The notes under the pieces were generated by a model that was not told the DNA's origin, did not search any database, and was given only the letters and a program-made list of their open reading frames with translations. A stretch of DNA of 64,000 bases from an uncultured Acidobacteriota bacterium (lineage in GTDB: Bacteria; Acidobacteriota; Thermoanaerobaculia; Multivoradales; JAHEKO01): NCBI GenBank assembly GCA_963713825.1, contig CAVQNG010000005.1, forward strand, positions 480,001 to 544,000. Reading direction: 5' to 3'. Position numbers and translations under genes: made by a program. How positions within the stretch are numbered: position 1 is the first letter of the stretch; every line of letters begins with the position of its first letter. Of this stretch, positions 1-9,545 are shown piece after piece.

Positions 1-294
1 TTGGGCAGTCTCGACGGTATCGATGGAGAAGCCCTCCAACACAAGGATCTTGCGGAAACTGTCGAGGACGACGGGCTCGTCGTCGACTGCCAGAATGCGG
101 GCCTTCGGCGAATCCACTTCGACCCGCTTGAGACTCACGGCTTCATCGGTGTAGTCGAGCTTGAGGCCGGTATCGAGGGCCTCGGCCCGCTCCTTCTTGA
201 GCTTGGCGTCCTCTCTTTTCTTCAGTGCCAGGCGCAGCAGGAGATCGACGACGAAGAAGACAACAATGGTCAACAGGACGATTACGACTACCAT
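1..294 (-). CDS. Membrane-anchored response regulator (N-terminal TM helix + receiver domain), runs off the left edge
   Basis: Not in the ORF track. Manual translation from ATG at 294 (GGGAGGT RBS upstream): MVVVIVLLTIVVFFVVDLLLRLALKKREDAKLKKERAEALDTGLKLDYTDEAVSLKRVEVDSPKARILAVDDEPVVLDSFRKILVLEGFSIDTVETAQ, a hydrophobic helix then the receiver start ILAVDDE. Confidence 0.85.
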   Translation of the reverse strand, partial: MVVVIVLLTIVVFFVVDLLLRLALKKREDAKLKKERAEALDTGLKLDYTDEAVSLKRVEVDSPKARILAVDDEPVVLDSFRKILVLEGFSIDTVETAQ

Positions 295-322
295 GGCTTT
301 ACCTCCCACTCGAAACGGTGGT

Positions 323-1156
323 TCACGAAACCGGTTTCCTTTCGCCTTCATGGGTCGGGCGGTGTTCAATCACGGTCAGCTCCCGCTCGAGGTCCGAAGG
401 GATGATTTGTGCAAGCCAGCCGGTGCCGAACGGATCCCGGTCGAGGATCTGCGGGTCGGCTCCGAGTTGCTCGTTCGTGGTCAGGATCTGTCCGCTCAAT
501 GGGGCCCAGACACGGTGCACCAGGCCTCCATGGCTGAGAATTCGAATCAGGGTCTTGCCCTGAACCGTGTTCTCGGAGCCGCCTGAGAACTCGATCGACT
601 CGATCTCCCGGAGCAGTCCAGCGAAGGTCTCGGCGGCACCGAGAGTCGCTGTCCCGTCTTGGTCGAGGCGAACCCAGCTGTGGCGCCCGAGTTGATAGCC
701 CTCGACTCCGGCGTCGGCGTCGTGGCGGGCGGCCTCTGCTGCCAGGAAGTCAGGCGACAAGGCGCCTGGGGCCGAGCTCACGAGACGAAAACGCAGAGAA
801 CGACGTACCACACCCAGAAGCTCGCGAGCGTCGAAGGGTTTCGGTATGAAATCGAAGGCGCCCAGGTGAAAGGCCTCGAGGGCGTTCTCCAGGGTCGCGT
901 AGCCGGTGATCATGACGATCTCAGGAGGGGCGGCGAGGGCTCGGCAGAGGTCGAAGATCTCGAAGCCGGATGCCCCGGGCAGCTTCAGGTCGCAAAGCAC
1001 GATCTTGTAGGTGGCGACGTTCAACCTGGCGGCGGCGCTCTCCATTTCCGGTGCCATGTCGGTTGAGAGTCCGGCTCGACTCAGCACGCGCTCGGCCGCC
1101 ATCTGGACAACCGGCTCGTCTTCGACGATCAGGACGTCAATCTGTGGCTTGGTCAT
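323..1156 (-). CDS. Response regulator receiver fused to a glycine-cleavage-H-like domain
   Basis: Start MTKPQIDVLIVEDE; receiver motifs LCDLKLPG, MITGY, FIPKPF; C-terminal HSWVRL..ATLG..VWAPLSGQI..NEQL..DPFGTGWL is GcvH-like but lacks the lipoyl Lys. Confidence 0.85.
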   Translation of the reverse strand: MTKPQIDVLIVEDEPVVQMAAERVLSRAGLSTDMAPEMESAAARLNVATYKIVLCDLKLPGASGFEIFDLCRALAAPPEIVMITGYATLENALEAFHLGAFDFIPKPFDARELLGVVRRSLRFRLVSSAPGALSPDFLAAEAARHDADAGVEGYQLGRHSWVRLDQDGTATLGAAETFAGLLREIESIEFSGGSENTVQGKTLIRILSHGGLVHRVWAPLSGQILTTNEQLGADPQILDRDPFGTGWLAQIIPSDLERELTVIEHRPTHEGERKPVS

Positions 1157-2675
1157 CGCTCGTCCCTTGGGTGTATCCGCTGGTCTCGTTGACTGGCAGA
1201 AGGATCGTGAAAGTGGTTCCCCGGTTCGGTTTGCTGTCCACGGAGATGGTGCCGCGATGTTCCTCGACGATGCCCCAGACCACCGCCAGGCCGAGACCGG
1301 TGCCACCCGTATCTCGGGTCGTGAAGAAGGGTTCGAAGACTTTTTGTAGATTCTGGCTTGGTATACCGCAGCCGTTGTCCGCGACTTTGATCTCGATGTG
1401 CGGAGTGCCTTCGATTTTCTGCAGGTCGGTCCCGACGAAGATCTCACCGCCCTTTTTGGGTCCGATGGCAAGAGCCGCATTGACGAGGAGGTTGATGAGC
1501 ACCTGGACCAACTGGTTGGCGTCGACCCGGATGTCAGGAAGCTCCTCGAGAAGGCCGCGGGTTACCTGGATATTGGCGACATCGAGCTCGTGATCGACGA
1601 TGGACAGAGCCTGGTTGACGATGGTATTGATGTCGGAGTTGGTCTTGCGGGGTGGCACCTGGCGTGAGAAATCGAGGAGGCCCTTGACGATGTCGCGGCA
1701 CCGTTTGGTCTCTCGGACGATGGTCTCCAGGTCTTCGCGGACTGCGGGATCCTGGTCGGTCTGGCTGAGCAGGAGACTGCTGAAAGTGAGGATGCCGGTC
1801 AGGGGATTGTTGATCTCGTGGGCGATTCCCGCCGCCAGCTGGCCGACCGATGCGAGCTTGTTGGACTGGTAGAGCTGGCTTTCGGTCTCGGCGATCTTCT
1901 GGGTCATCTCGTTGAAGGAATGCTGGAGCTTGCCGAGCTCGTCGTTGCGCTGAACTTCGATCCGGTAATTGAAATCCCCCGCTGCGACGGCGTCGGTAGC
2001 TTTCATCAGTTTGCCGACCGGCTTGCCGACGAGACGATGGACGATCAGCCAGATCAGGAAGCTGATGGAGAGGATGGCGATGGCAATGGAAAGCAGGGCT
2101 TTGGCTCGCTCTTCTGCCATGTGGCGTTCCGTGCTGGCGAGATCCAGGGTGATATCCAGGACGCCGAGGACGGCTTGATCTGGCGGGTGAGCGTGACAGT
2201 CGGCTTCGGTGCAGCTGGGCTCGTTATAGATGGGCTTGATGATGCCGAGCTGGGCGTGGCCTTCCGAGTCGTCGAAGAAGCGTGTCCGGGATGTTCTGTC
2301 GGGTCGCTCGAGGGGGGAGTCCGAGGCGTGACAGACATAGCAGGCTTCGGCGTGCTTATCGACCATGGTGCCGATGGTGCCCTTGTCGGGGGAGTAGATG
2401 ACACGGCCGTCTTTGTTGAGGATGCGGATGCCGAGGATGTTCTCTTGGCGGCCGATCGCATCGATGATCTGGTGCACCTCCTCCGGTTGATTCTGGAGCA
2501 TGGCGAAGCGGGTGCTTCGTTGGATGGTCTCGGCGCACTGGTCCGCGTAGCTCTCCATGAGGGTGACCATGGAATGGCGGTGGGTGACGATGAGGAGATT
2601 GGAGAGGAGGCCGAAGATGACGGCCGCCGTCAAAGCCACTGCCACGATGAGCCGGTGACTGATCCTTGTCCTCAT
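1137..2675 (-). CDS. HAMP sensor histidine kinase with periplasmic heme-c motifs
   Basis: Start MRTRISHRL; two TM helices; periplasmic CYVCH and CTEADCH; HAMP; H-box AHEINNPL; N/G boxes (DNGCGI, FFTT, GTGLGL). Confidence 0.92.
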   Translation of the reverse strand: MRTRISHRLIVAVALTAAVIFGLLSNLLIVTHRHSMVTLMESYADQCAETIQRSTRFAMLQNQPEEVHQIIDAIGRQENILGIRILNKDGRVIYSPDKGTIGTMVDKHAEACYVCHASDSPLERPDRTSRTRFFDDSEGHAQLGIIKPIYNEPSCTEADCHAHPPDQAVLGVLDITLDLASTERHMAEERAKALLSIAIAILSISFLIWLIVHRLVGKPVGKLMKATDAVAAGDFNYRIEVQRNDELGKLQHSFNEMTQKIAETESQLYQSNKLASVGQLAAGIAHEINNPLTGILTFSSLLLSQTDQDPAVREDLETIVRETKRCRDIVKGLLDFSRQVPPRKTNSDINTIVNQALSIVDHELDVANIQVTRGLLEELPDIRVDANQLVQVLINLLVNAALAIGPKKGGEIFVGTDLQKIEGTPHIEIKVADNGCGIPSQNLQKVFEPFFTTRDTGGTGLGLAVVWGIVEEHRGTISVDSKPNRGTTFTILLPVNETSGYTQGTSDDQATD

Positions 2676-2690
2676 CCGCCCCCCTCCCTC

Positions 2691-3959
2691 GGTGCCACCC
2701 TTTTTTCTGCGACAAAGGGCGGTTCTGCGTGAAGGTGCTTTGGGGACCGAGGCAGTCGGCTCAATGAACGAATTGCTGACTGCATTTCCGAGCCGACGGC
2801 GCTGCCCTCGATCGTCCGCAGTCAGTATGCGGCCGATACGAGGCAAAGAAAACGTCCCTTGGGGTATGAAGCCCTCGTCTGTCCGTATTGCTGCCCGATG
2901 CACCTTAGGGCTTACGATGGGTTGCAGTCTCTACGACTTCCCGATGACAGTTTCTTCTGAGACTGGCAGCTAGGTCGGGCCTCGCGCATGTTGCCGGCAG
3001 GGGAGGTGAGGTGGAAAGGCGCCTTCAGGAAATTCGCCGAAGATGTCTGCAGAGTTCAATCGGTTGGCGGCATTCTGGAAGGCCTCAACGAAGCATGAGT
3101 AGGCCTCTCGAAAGAGAGTGCGGGCCTCCTGAGAGACACAATGAACGAGCGGGGCAGGAGACCACTCGGATTTTCTTGGCTTGGTATGAGGGTCCTGGGT
3201 GAGGATGTTCTTCTTGCCCAAAGGGCGACTGCTGCGGGCTCGATGCCGTGCCAAAGCGTCTGCTTCGATTTCAGAAATCAGCTCACGGATGCGCTTCCGC
3301 ATGAGTGCTGGGCGAAGGGATCGCCAGCATGGGATGGGAACGAACTCAACGTGCTCACTTTCACAGAATTGAGATGAATCTCGATGTGCCGCGCCGGGAG
3401 TGGCGACCCGCTGCCGGGTTCTATCGATCCAAATGCCCTCTAGCCTTGCACCATCCAAAAGAGGTCGGATGGAGCTGACACCTGGCCAATCGAGCGGGCT
3501 CGACACTAGGTTCTCTTTGCAGCTGTTGGCCATGATGTAGCGGAGTCGGGCGATCTGTGCTTCTGGCTCGTCACTGACCACGATGTGCTGATATCGACGA
3601 TGCCAGAAGGGACCACGCCATCGATGCAGCCGTCCTGCCTCTTTGGCTAGATTCCCCTGGAAGTACCCGACAAATTTCGCCAGTTGTCGCGCGCTCTCTA
3701 CCGTGAGCAGAAGGTGGTAGTGGTTCGATAGGACTACGCAGGCGTGGAGTCTGACTCCATAGATGCGCTGTGCCCGACCGAGCACTCCAATGAGCAAGCG
3801 ATTGAGCTCGGCTGAAGGTCTCAGCAGGAATCGACCCTGAATGGTGCGATTCGTGACCTCGACGAGGCTGCCTCCTGAAGGAATGAATCGAAGGCGTCGT
3901 CCCATAACCATCCAAGACGAAATGCCGCCCCGACATCTTTCAAGAAAAAAGGTGGCACC
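2691..3959. mobile_element. Putative RAYT element bounded by inverted motifs GGTGCCACCCTTTTTTCT / AGAAAAAAGGTGGCACC
   Basis: Near-perfect inverted 17-18-bp motifs at 2691-2708 and 3943-3959 flank the transposase gene; a third copy lies at ~11333-11349. Confidence 0.5.
2970..3905 (-). CDS. REP-associated tyrosine transposase-like protein (HUH/Y1, IS200-related)
   Basis: MGRRLRFIP..VEVTNRTIQGRFLL; HUH motif in VVLSNHYHLLL; FWHRRY; LRYIMAN..DWPGVSS. Confidence 0.85.
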   Translation of the reverse strand: MGRRLRFIPSGGSLVEVTNRTIQGRFLLRPSAELNRLLIGVLGRAQRIYGVRLHACVVLSNHYHLLLTVESARQLAKFVGYFQGNLAKEAGRLHRWRGPFWHRRYQHIVVSDEPEAQIARLRYIMANSCKENLVSSPLDWPGVSSIRPLLDGARLEGIWIDRTRQRVATPGAAHRDSSQFCESEHVEFVPIPCWRSLRPALMRKRIRELISEIEADALARHRARSSRPLGKKNILTQDPHTKPRKSEWSPAPLVHCVSQEARTLFREAYSCFVEAFQNAANRLNSADIFGEFPEGAFPPHLPCRQHARGPT

Positions 3960-4064
3960 TGAAGAAAGAGCCGAGGCGCCACGGGGGCGACTCGGCTCGG
4001 AAATGGCGTCGGGGCTTAGGCGCCGAACGCGGATTGCGACGCCGGCCCCTCTTCCAGTCAATTC

Positions 4065-5762
4065 TTACAGTGCTTTCACTTTCACCAGTTCCTTGCCCTC
4101 GGCATCATGGGTATGAATCGCACAAGCCAGGCACGGGTCGAACGAGTGAATGGTGCGCACAACCTCGAGAGGTCTCTCGGGATCGGCCACCGGGTTGCCC
4201 ATGAGTGATGCCTCGTAGGGCCCCATCCTTCCCTTGGCGTCTCTCGGCCCGGCGTTCCAGGTCGAGGGCACGACACACTGGTAGTTCTCGATGACTCCGT
4301 CGCGAGCGACAACCCAGTGCGACAGCGTGCCGCGCGGAGCTTCGTGGAAGCCGAACCCTTTCTGCACGCCCTTGAACTCGGGCTTCCGCCAGATCTCCAC
4401 GTCTCCGCTGGCGATGTTGTTGGCCAGCAGACCCCAGTGCTTCAGGGCCAGATCCGACAGCACGACGCACCGAATGCACCGCGCCGCGTGCCGTCCGAGG
4501 GTCGAATGCAAGACCTTCGGGGTCAGCTTGACGCCCGCCATGTTGCCAGCCTGCTCTAGGACGTAGGTGCCGTACTTGGCAAAGAGCTCGTTGCCCGAGG
4601 CCAAGCCCATCAGCACCTGAGCCAGCGGACCCACCTGCATCGGCTCGTCCTGGAACCGAGGCGACTTCACCCAGGAGTAGTCCCCGTCGTCTTCCCATTC
4701 GCTGTACTTGGGAACGGTCTCCTCCTCCCAGGGGTGACGCTGCCAGTCACCGTCGTACCAGGAGTGAGCAATCCCTTCCTCGACGTTGTCGCGGAAGTAC
4801 TCGTCATTGAAGCTCGAGATCGGCTTGTACGAACCGAGATCAGCATTCATGATCGTGCCGCCCGGCAGGTCGAACTCTGTCCCCGCTTCGTCGAGCGGCA
4901 GATCTGGCACAGCCATGTAGTTCGTCACGCCCGCCCCGTATCCCAGCCACTCCGGATACATGGAGCCGATGGCGATGACGTCCGGTAGATAGACGTTCTT
5001 CACAAAGTCCTGAACCTCTGTCAGCAGCACCTTTGCCTGATACAGCTTCTTCATGTTCAACGTGGCTTCGTTGTCCATGTTGATGGCGTTGGCGACGCCT
5101 CCGACAGCCAGGTTCTGAATGTTGGGGGTCTTCGACCCCAGAATGGTCACCACCTGATTGGCCTTGCGCTGATACTCGAGGGCCTGCAGGTAGTGGCTTG
5201 CCGCCAGCAGGTTGACCTCGGGTGGCAGATGCATGGCTGGGTGACCCCAGTAGCCGTTGGCGAAGATCCCCAACTGCCCGCTGTCCACCACACCTTGCAG
5301 CCTCGCCTTGACCGCCGCGAGCTGCTTGGTGCTATTTCCAGGCCACTCCGAAATGCTCTCCGCTAGCTTGCTCGCCGCGGCCGGATCGGCTTTCAGAGCC
5401 GACACGATGTCGACCCAGTCGAGCGCCGACAGGTGGTAGAAGTGCACGATGTGATCGTGCAGCCCGTGGGCCGCCAAGATCACGTTGCGAATGTACTGGG
5501 CGTTGATGGGTACGGTCATACCCACCGCATTCTCCACCGCGCGCACCGAAGTGATGGCGTGCACGGTGGTGCACACCCCGCAAATGCGCTGGGTGAAGAG
5601 CCAGGCGTCCCGCGGGTCGCGGCCCTGGAGAATGACTTCGATCCCTCGCCACATCTGGCCCGAGGACCAGGAATTCTGCACCTTGCCGCCATCGACTTCG
5701 ACGTCGACGCGCAGGTGGCCCTCGATGCGAGTGATCGGGTCGACTGTGATCCGTCTACTCAT
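4065..5762 (-). CDS. hybC: [NiFe] hydrogenase large subunit (Hyb/group 1c-like)
   Basis: TRIEGH, L1 RICGVC, L2 DPCLACAIH with a cleavable C-terminal extension; operon with hybOAB. Confidence 0.95.
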   Translation of the reverse strand: MSRRITVDPITRIEGHLRVDVEVDGGKVQNSWSSGQMWRGIEVILQGRDPRDAWLFTQRICGVCTTVHAITSVRAVENAVGMTVPINAQYIRNVILAAHGLHDHIVHFYHLSALDWVDIVSALKADPAAASKLAESISEWPGNSTKQLAAVKARLQGVVDSGQLGIFANGYWGHPAMHLPPEVNLLAASHYLQALEYQRKANQVVTILGSKTPNIQNLAVGGVANAINMDNEATLNMKKLYQAKVLLTEVQDFVKNVYLPDVIAIGSMYPEWLGYGAGVTNYMAVPDLPLDEAGTEFDLPGGTIMNADLGSYKPISSFNDEYFRDNVEEGIAHSWYDGDWQRHPWEEETVPKYSEWEDDGDYSWVKSPRFQDEPMQVGPLAQVLMGLASGNELFAKYGTYVLEQAGNMAGVKLTPKVLHSTLGRHAARCIRCVVLSDLALKHWGLLANNIASGDVEIWRKPEFKGVQKGFGFHEAPRGTLSHWVVARDGVIENYQCVVPSTWNAGPRDAKGRMGPYEASLMGNPVADPERPLEVVRTIHSFDPCLACAIHTHDAEGKELVKVKAL

Positions 5763-5774
5763 TCCAATGTCCTC

Positions 5775-6971
5775 CTAATGGGCTTCCGCTGTGGTGGATC
5801 GGCCAGCCAGGATCGGAAAGACCGTGACCAGTGCCACGTACAGCACGATTTCGATTGCAACGATTCCGATCGTGACGAACATCTCCGGCACGGTCGGGAA
5901 GTACGAGAAATTCTCGCCCGGCATGAAGGCCACCAGATACGTGTCGAACCGGTACATGGTTCCGGCGAGGACCAGCATCATGGCAGCGCGAAACAGATAG
6001 CCGAGATTCTGTCGTTTCTGGGCGTTCATCAGCATCACCGCAGGAACGGCGAAGCAGATGATCTCGAGCCAGAACATCAGAGAGAAGACGTTGAACTGAA
6101 ACATCAGGCCGAGCCGTCCGCGCAGTACCAGTTCCACCAGGCGCAGAGCCAGGTAGACCCAGATGATGTAGGCGGCTACCTTGCCGATGTTTGCCAACAT
6201 CGAGGTGTGGGACGGGCGCCCGAAGTAGCGACTCGCCAGCGCCGATTCCATCACCACCACCGCATAGCCCATGGCGATGCAGGAGATCAGGAATAGCAAC
6301 GGCACGAGCGGCGTGTTCCACAGGCCGTGCAGCCGTGGCCCCGACAGCAGCATCAGGCTGCCCAGGGACGACTGATGCATGGTCGGCAGCAGCACTCCCA
6401 GCGCGATGATCCAGATCAGCAGTTTGTTGACAATGCCGTAGGCTTTCTTCGAGAAGTTGGCCAGCCCCTCCTTGGGACTGTCCTTCCACTTCTCAAAAAA
6501 CGCCGGCGACAGCTCGATCCATAGAACGATGACGTAGGCCATCACACACAGCGCTACTTCGAGCAGGGCGGAGTTCCAGTTGTACTTGCCCATGTCGGGG
6601 AAGCCACCCAGCGGGATGCGCCAGATGAACCACGGCCGGCCCACATCGATGGCGATGGCCAGCCCCGCCATGGAGTAACCGAGGGCGCTGGTCAAGATCG
6701 CCGGACGAACCAGCGGATGGTACTTGCCCTTGTTGAAGATATAGACCAACAGGGCCATGGCGAAGCCGCCGCAACCCAGGGCCGTACCGGTGACGACGTC
6801 GAAGGCGATCCAGAGACCCCACGGATAACCGTCGGTGAGTCCTGTCGACCTGCCAAGACCGACGGCGAAGCGCCAGAGGATGAGGACAACACCGAGGATG
6901 CCGAGCCACAAGATCCACTTGTTGACTTTGCCGAAGGCCGGGCCACCTAGAGGTTGTGCTTGCTCGCTCAT
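5775..6971 (-). CDS. hybB: Hydrogenase-2 integral membrane subunit, NrfD family
   Basis: YPWGLWIAFDVVTGTALGCGG, DVGRPW, LPTMHQSSLGSL; multiple TM helices. Confidence 0.93.
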   Translation of the reverse strand: MSEQAQPLGGPAFGKVNKWILWLGILGVVLILWRFAVGLGRSTGLTDGYPWGLWIAFDVVTGTALGCGGFAMALLVYIFNKGKYHPLVRPAILTSALGYSMAGLAIAIDVGRPWFIWRIPLGGFPDMGKYNWNSALLEVALCVMAYVIVLWIELSPAFFEKWKDSPKEGLANFSKKAYGIVNKLLIWIIALGVLLPTMHQSSLGSLMLLSGPRLHGLWNTPLVPLLFLISCIAMGYAVVVMESALASRYFGRPSHTSMLANIGKVAAYIIWVYLALRLVELVLRGRLGLMFQFNVFSLMFWLEIICFAVPAVMLMNAQKRQNLGYLFRAAMMLVLAGTMYRFDTYLVAFMPGENFSYFPTVPEMFVTIGIVAIEIVLYVALVTVFPILAGRSTTAEAH

Positions 6972-7861
6972 GCCTCACCAGCCTCTTCTGCATCGCCATC
7001 CTTGCGACGATTGCGCCACATCACGACGCCCAGCATTGCGTAGAGCGCTGCTGGTGCGATGAAGCCCTGGTACACGCCGTGTTGGATGGTCTGCTGCATC
7101 TCGGGCACCGGCTCTTCGTCATCGAACCGGAAACCGAGCTTCTCGAACGGCACATGCGACAGGTAGAGCACCTGCGTGCCGCCCAGATCCTTCTCGCCGT
7201 AGATCTTGGGCTCATAGCGATCGGGGTACTCGGCGAGGCGCCGCTTGGCTTCTGCCAGAAGCTCATCGTAGGTACCGGCGATAACCGCCTCACGTGGGCA
7301 GACCTCGCAACATGCGGGCTCCCACTGTTTGTCCCCTGCTCGCTGCCGGCAGTACTCGCACTTGACGATGTAGGGGTTGAGGCTGGACCACTCGAACTGC
7401 GGAACGTTGAAGGGGCATGCCATCTGGCAATAGCGGCAGCCGATGCAGCGGTCCTTGTCCCAGGTGATCACACCGTACTTCTCTTTGCGGAAGGAGCCGA
7501 TCATGCAAGCCCCGACGCAGGCCGGGTCCACACACTGCATGCACTGGCGCTTGACGTAGGAACGCCGATCACCTTCCGAGTAGAGCTTGATGATGTTCTT
7601 GGTGTATTCGTTGAGATCGGTGGGAGCGTCGTAGTTCTCCATCCCTGGGGTCGTGGTGTCCGCCGGCAAGTCGTTGGCCTCTTTGCAGGCCCTCACGCAG
7701 GCTTTGCACCCGATGCACAGGGTGGTGTCGTAGAGCATGCCGCGAGCATCTTCCGGGACAACCTTGCGCTCGCGGGCAGCCTTGACAGGCGACGCGCTCG
7801 CCACCGCTGCGGCACTGGCGGTGGCCATGCCCTTGAGCAGGGAGCGTCGATCGAATGCCAT
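6968..7861 (-). CDS. hybA: Hydrogenase-2 4Fe-4S ferredoxin-like subunit
   Basis: Tat motif DRRSLLK; CIGCKAC, CMQCVDPAC, CIGCRYCQMACP, KCEYC..ACCEVCP; C-terminal TM. Confidence 0.93.
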   Translation of the reverse strand: MAFDRRSLLKGMATASAAAVASASPVKAARERKVVPEDARGMLYDTTLCIGCKACVRACKEANDLPADTTTPGMENYDAPTDLNEYTKNIIKLYSEGDRRSYVKRQCMQCVDPACVGACMIGSFRKEKYGVITWDKDRCIGCRYCQMACPFNVPQFEWSSLNPYIVKCEYCRQRAGDKQWEPACCEVCPREAVIAGTYDELLAEAKRRLAEYPDRYEPKIYGEKDLGGTQVLYLSHVPFEKLGFRFDDEEPVPEMQQTIQHGVYQGFIAPAALYAMLGVVMWRNRRKDGDAEEAGEA

Positions 7862-7863
7862 GG

Positions 7864-8985
7864 CTAGCTCTCCTCTTCTTCGGGCTCGTCACCGAGCTTC
7901 TTCGAGGCGGCGTAGCCGGCACCCAGCAGGCCTCCCGCCACGAGTCCGGCCACACCCGTTGCCACCGCTCCGACCTTGCCTTGTGGGGCGCCGATCGGCG
8001 GGTAGGTGTCGGGGTTGGTCGGACGCTCGATGTCCACCGTGTCGGTAATCGATGTCTGCCAGAGGACCTTCTGCTCCGTGCAGCCGACGCAGGGGTGTCC
8101 CAGCCCGATGGGCCAGGCATCGACGACCTCGCCAAACGCCTGAACCGAGCAGTTGGCGTGGGTCACAGGTCCTTTGCAGCCGAGCTTGTACAGGCAGTAG
8201 CCCTGGCGATGGTTCTCGTCGCCGTAGGCCTCTGCAAACCGCCCGGCGTCGAAGTGCGCCCGCCGCGGGCAGTGCTCGTGGATCGTCCGGCCGTAGGCCC
8301 ACTTGGGCCGAGCCAGCTCATCGAGCGCCGGAAGCGTGCCGAAGGTGGCGTACTGCAGAGCCGTTCCGAGGAAGTTGTAGGGGTTGGCCGGGCAACCGGG
8401 AATGGTCACGACGGTCTTGCCCTCGAGAATCATCGGTGCGCCGGTGGCGCCGGTCGGATTCGGTTCGGCTGACGGGATGCCGCCCCAGGATGCGCAAGAG
8501 CCAATCGCGATAATGGCCCCTGCCATCTCTGCAGCCTCGTTCAGGATGTCGACGGCCGTGCGGCCACCGATCATGCAGTAGATCCCATCGTCCTTCTCCG
8601 GGATTGCACCCTCGACCACCAGAATGAACTTGCCCTTGTGCGCCTCCATGGCGGCCATTCGGACCTCTTCGGCCAGATGACCCGAGGGCACCATGAGGGC
8701 CTCGTGGTAGTCCAGCGAGATCAGATCCAGGATCAGCTCGTCGAGGCCCGGGAAGCGCGTACGCAACAGGGTCTCTGTACAGCCGGTGCACTCCTGGAAC
8801 GACAACCAGATTACCGACGGCTTCTGACCTGCAATGGCGGCCTCCGCCATCTTCACACCGGCTCCTGCCGGCAATCCGACGGCCGCGGCCGCAATGCTGC
8901 AGATCTTCAAGAAGTCTCGGCGGTCCACGCCTCTGCCCAGCATCTCCTCGCTGGACACCCCTTTCACGACTCTTGGCAGCAACAT
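7864..8985 (-). CDS. hybO: [NiFe] hydrogenase small subunit
   Basis: Tat DRRDFLK; QECTGCTE, GCPANP, HCPRR, CLYKLGCKGP, HPCVGC; C-terminal TM; ATG at 8985 follows GGAGG. Confidence 0.95.
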   Translation of the reverse strand: MLLPRVVKGVSSEEMLGRGVDRRDFLKICSIAAAAVGLPAGAGVKMAEAAIAGQKPSVIWLSFQECTGCTETLLRTRFPGLDELILDLISLDYHEALMVPSGHLAEEVRMAAMEAHKGKFILVVEGAIPEKDDGIYCMIGGRTAVDILNEAAEMAGAIIAIGSCASWGGIPSAEPNPTGATGAPMILEGKTVVTIPGCPANPYNFLGTALQYATFGTLPALDELARPKWAYGRTIHEHCPRRAHFDAGRFAEAYGDENHRQGYCLYKLGCKGPVTHANCSVQAFGEVVDAWPIGLGHPCVGCTEQKVLWQTSITDTVDIERPTNPDTYPPIGAPQGKVGAVATGVAGLVAGGLLGAGYAASKKLGDEPEEEES

Positions 8986-9197
8986 ATCCACCTCCGCGTT
9001 TAGTGGTTCGGACGACTGCTTGTGCCGCTTCCAAACTGTGGCCTATTTGTGACATCTGCCACAGTCCCTACAAATACCCTCAGGGGTAGTCAATTCATCG
9101 CATGCGGGTAGCCCTCTCGACTGTCCTATTGGGTAGGTTCCGAGGCGGCTGGTCTGTGAGACAATGCCGCGCAGACCGGCCTCGACTGTGATGGACC

Positions 9198-9545
9198 ATG
9201 CACGAGTACTCCATAGTGAGCGCCCTCCTGGCCCGTGTCGAAGCCGAAGCCCGGGCGCATGGTGCCGAGGCAGTGCACCGCATCCGGGTGCAGATCGGTG
9301 AGCTCTCGGGAGTGGAACCGGAGCTCCTCGAATCAGCCTACGAGCTGGTTCGTGAGCGCACGATCTGCGAGAAGGCCGAGCTCGAGATCGTGCCCGTCGA
9401 AGCCCGGTGGGCTTGTAGCTCTTGCAAGAGCACGATCCCCAAGGGAGCGGTTCTGCGCTGCTCGGTCTGCGACCTACCGGCCCAGCTGGCCGAGGGGGAT
9501 GAGATACTGCTGGAACGGGTGGAAATGGAGGTTCCTGATGTGTGA
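9198..9545 (+). CDS. hypA: Hydrogenase maturation nickel metallochaperone
   Basis: MHEYSI N-terminus, GELSGVEP, two CxxC motifs. Confidence 0.95.
   Translation: MHEYSIVSALLARVEAEARAHGAEAVHRIRVQIGELSGVEPELLESAYELVRERTICEKAELEIVPVEARWACSSCKSTIPKGAVLRCSVCDLPAQLAEGDEILLERVEMEVPDV

Noticed and set aside
323-1156. Functional glycine cleavage system H protein
   Set aside because: No lipoyl-lysine, fused to a receiver domain, and no gcvP/gcvT in the window
7864-8985. O2-tolerant (6-Cys proximal cluster) or NiFeSe hydrogenase
   Set aside because: The small subunit has CTGC rather than CTCC, and the large-subunit L2 motif is DPCLAC with Cys codons and no UGA
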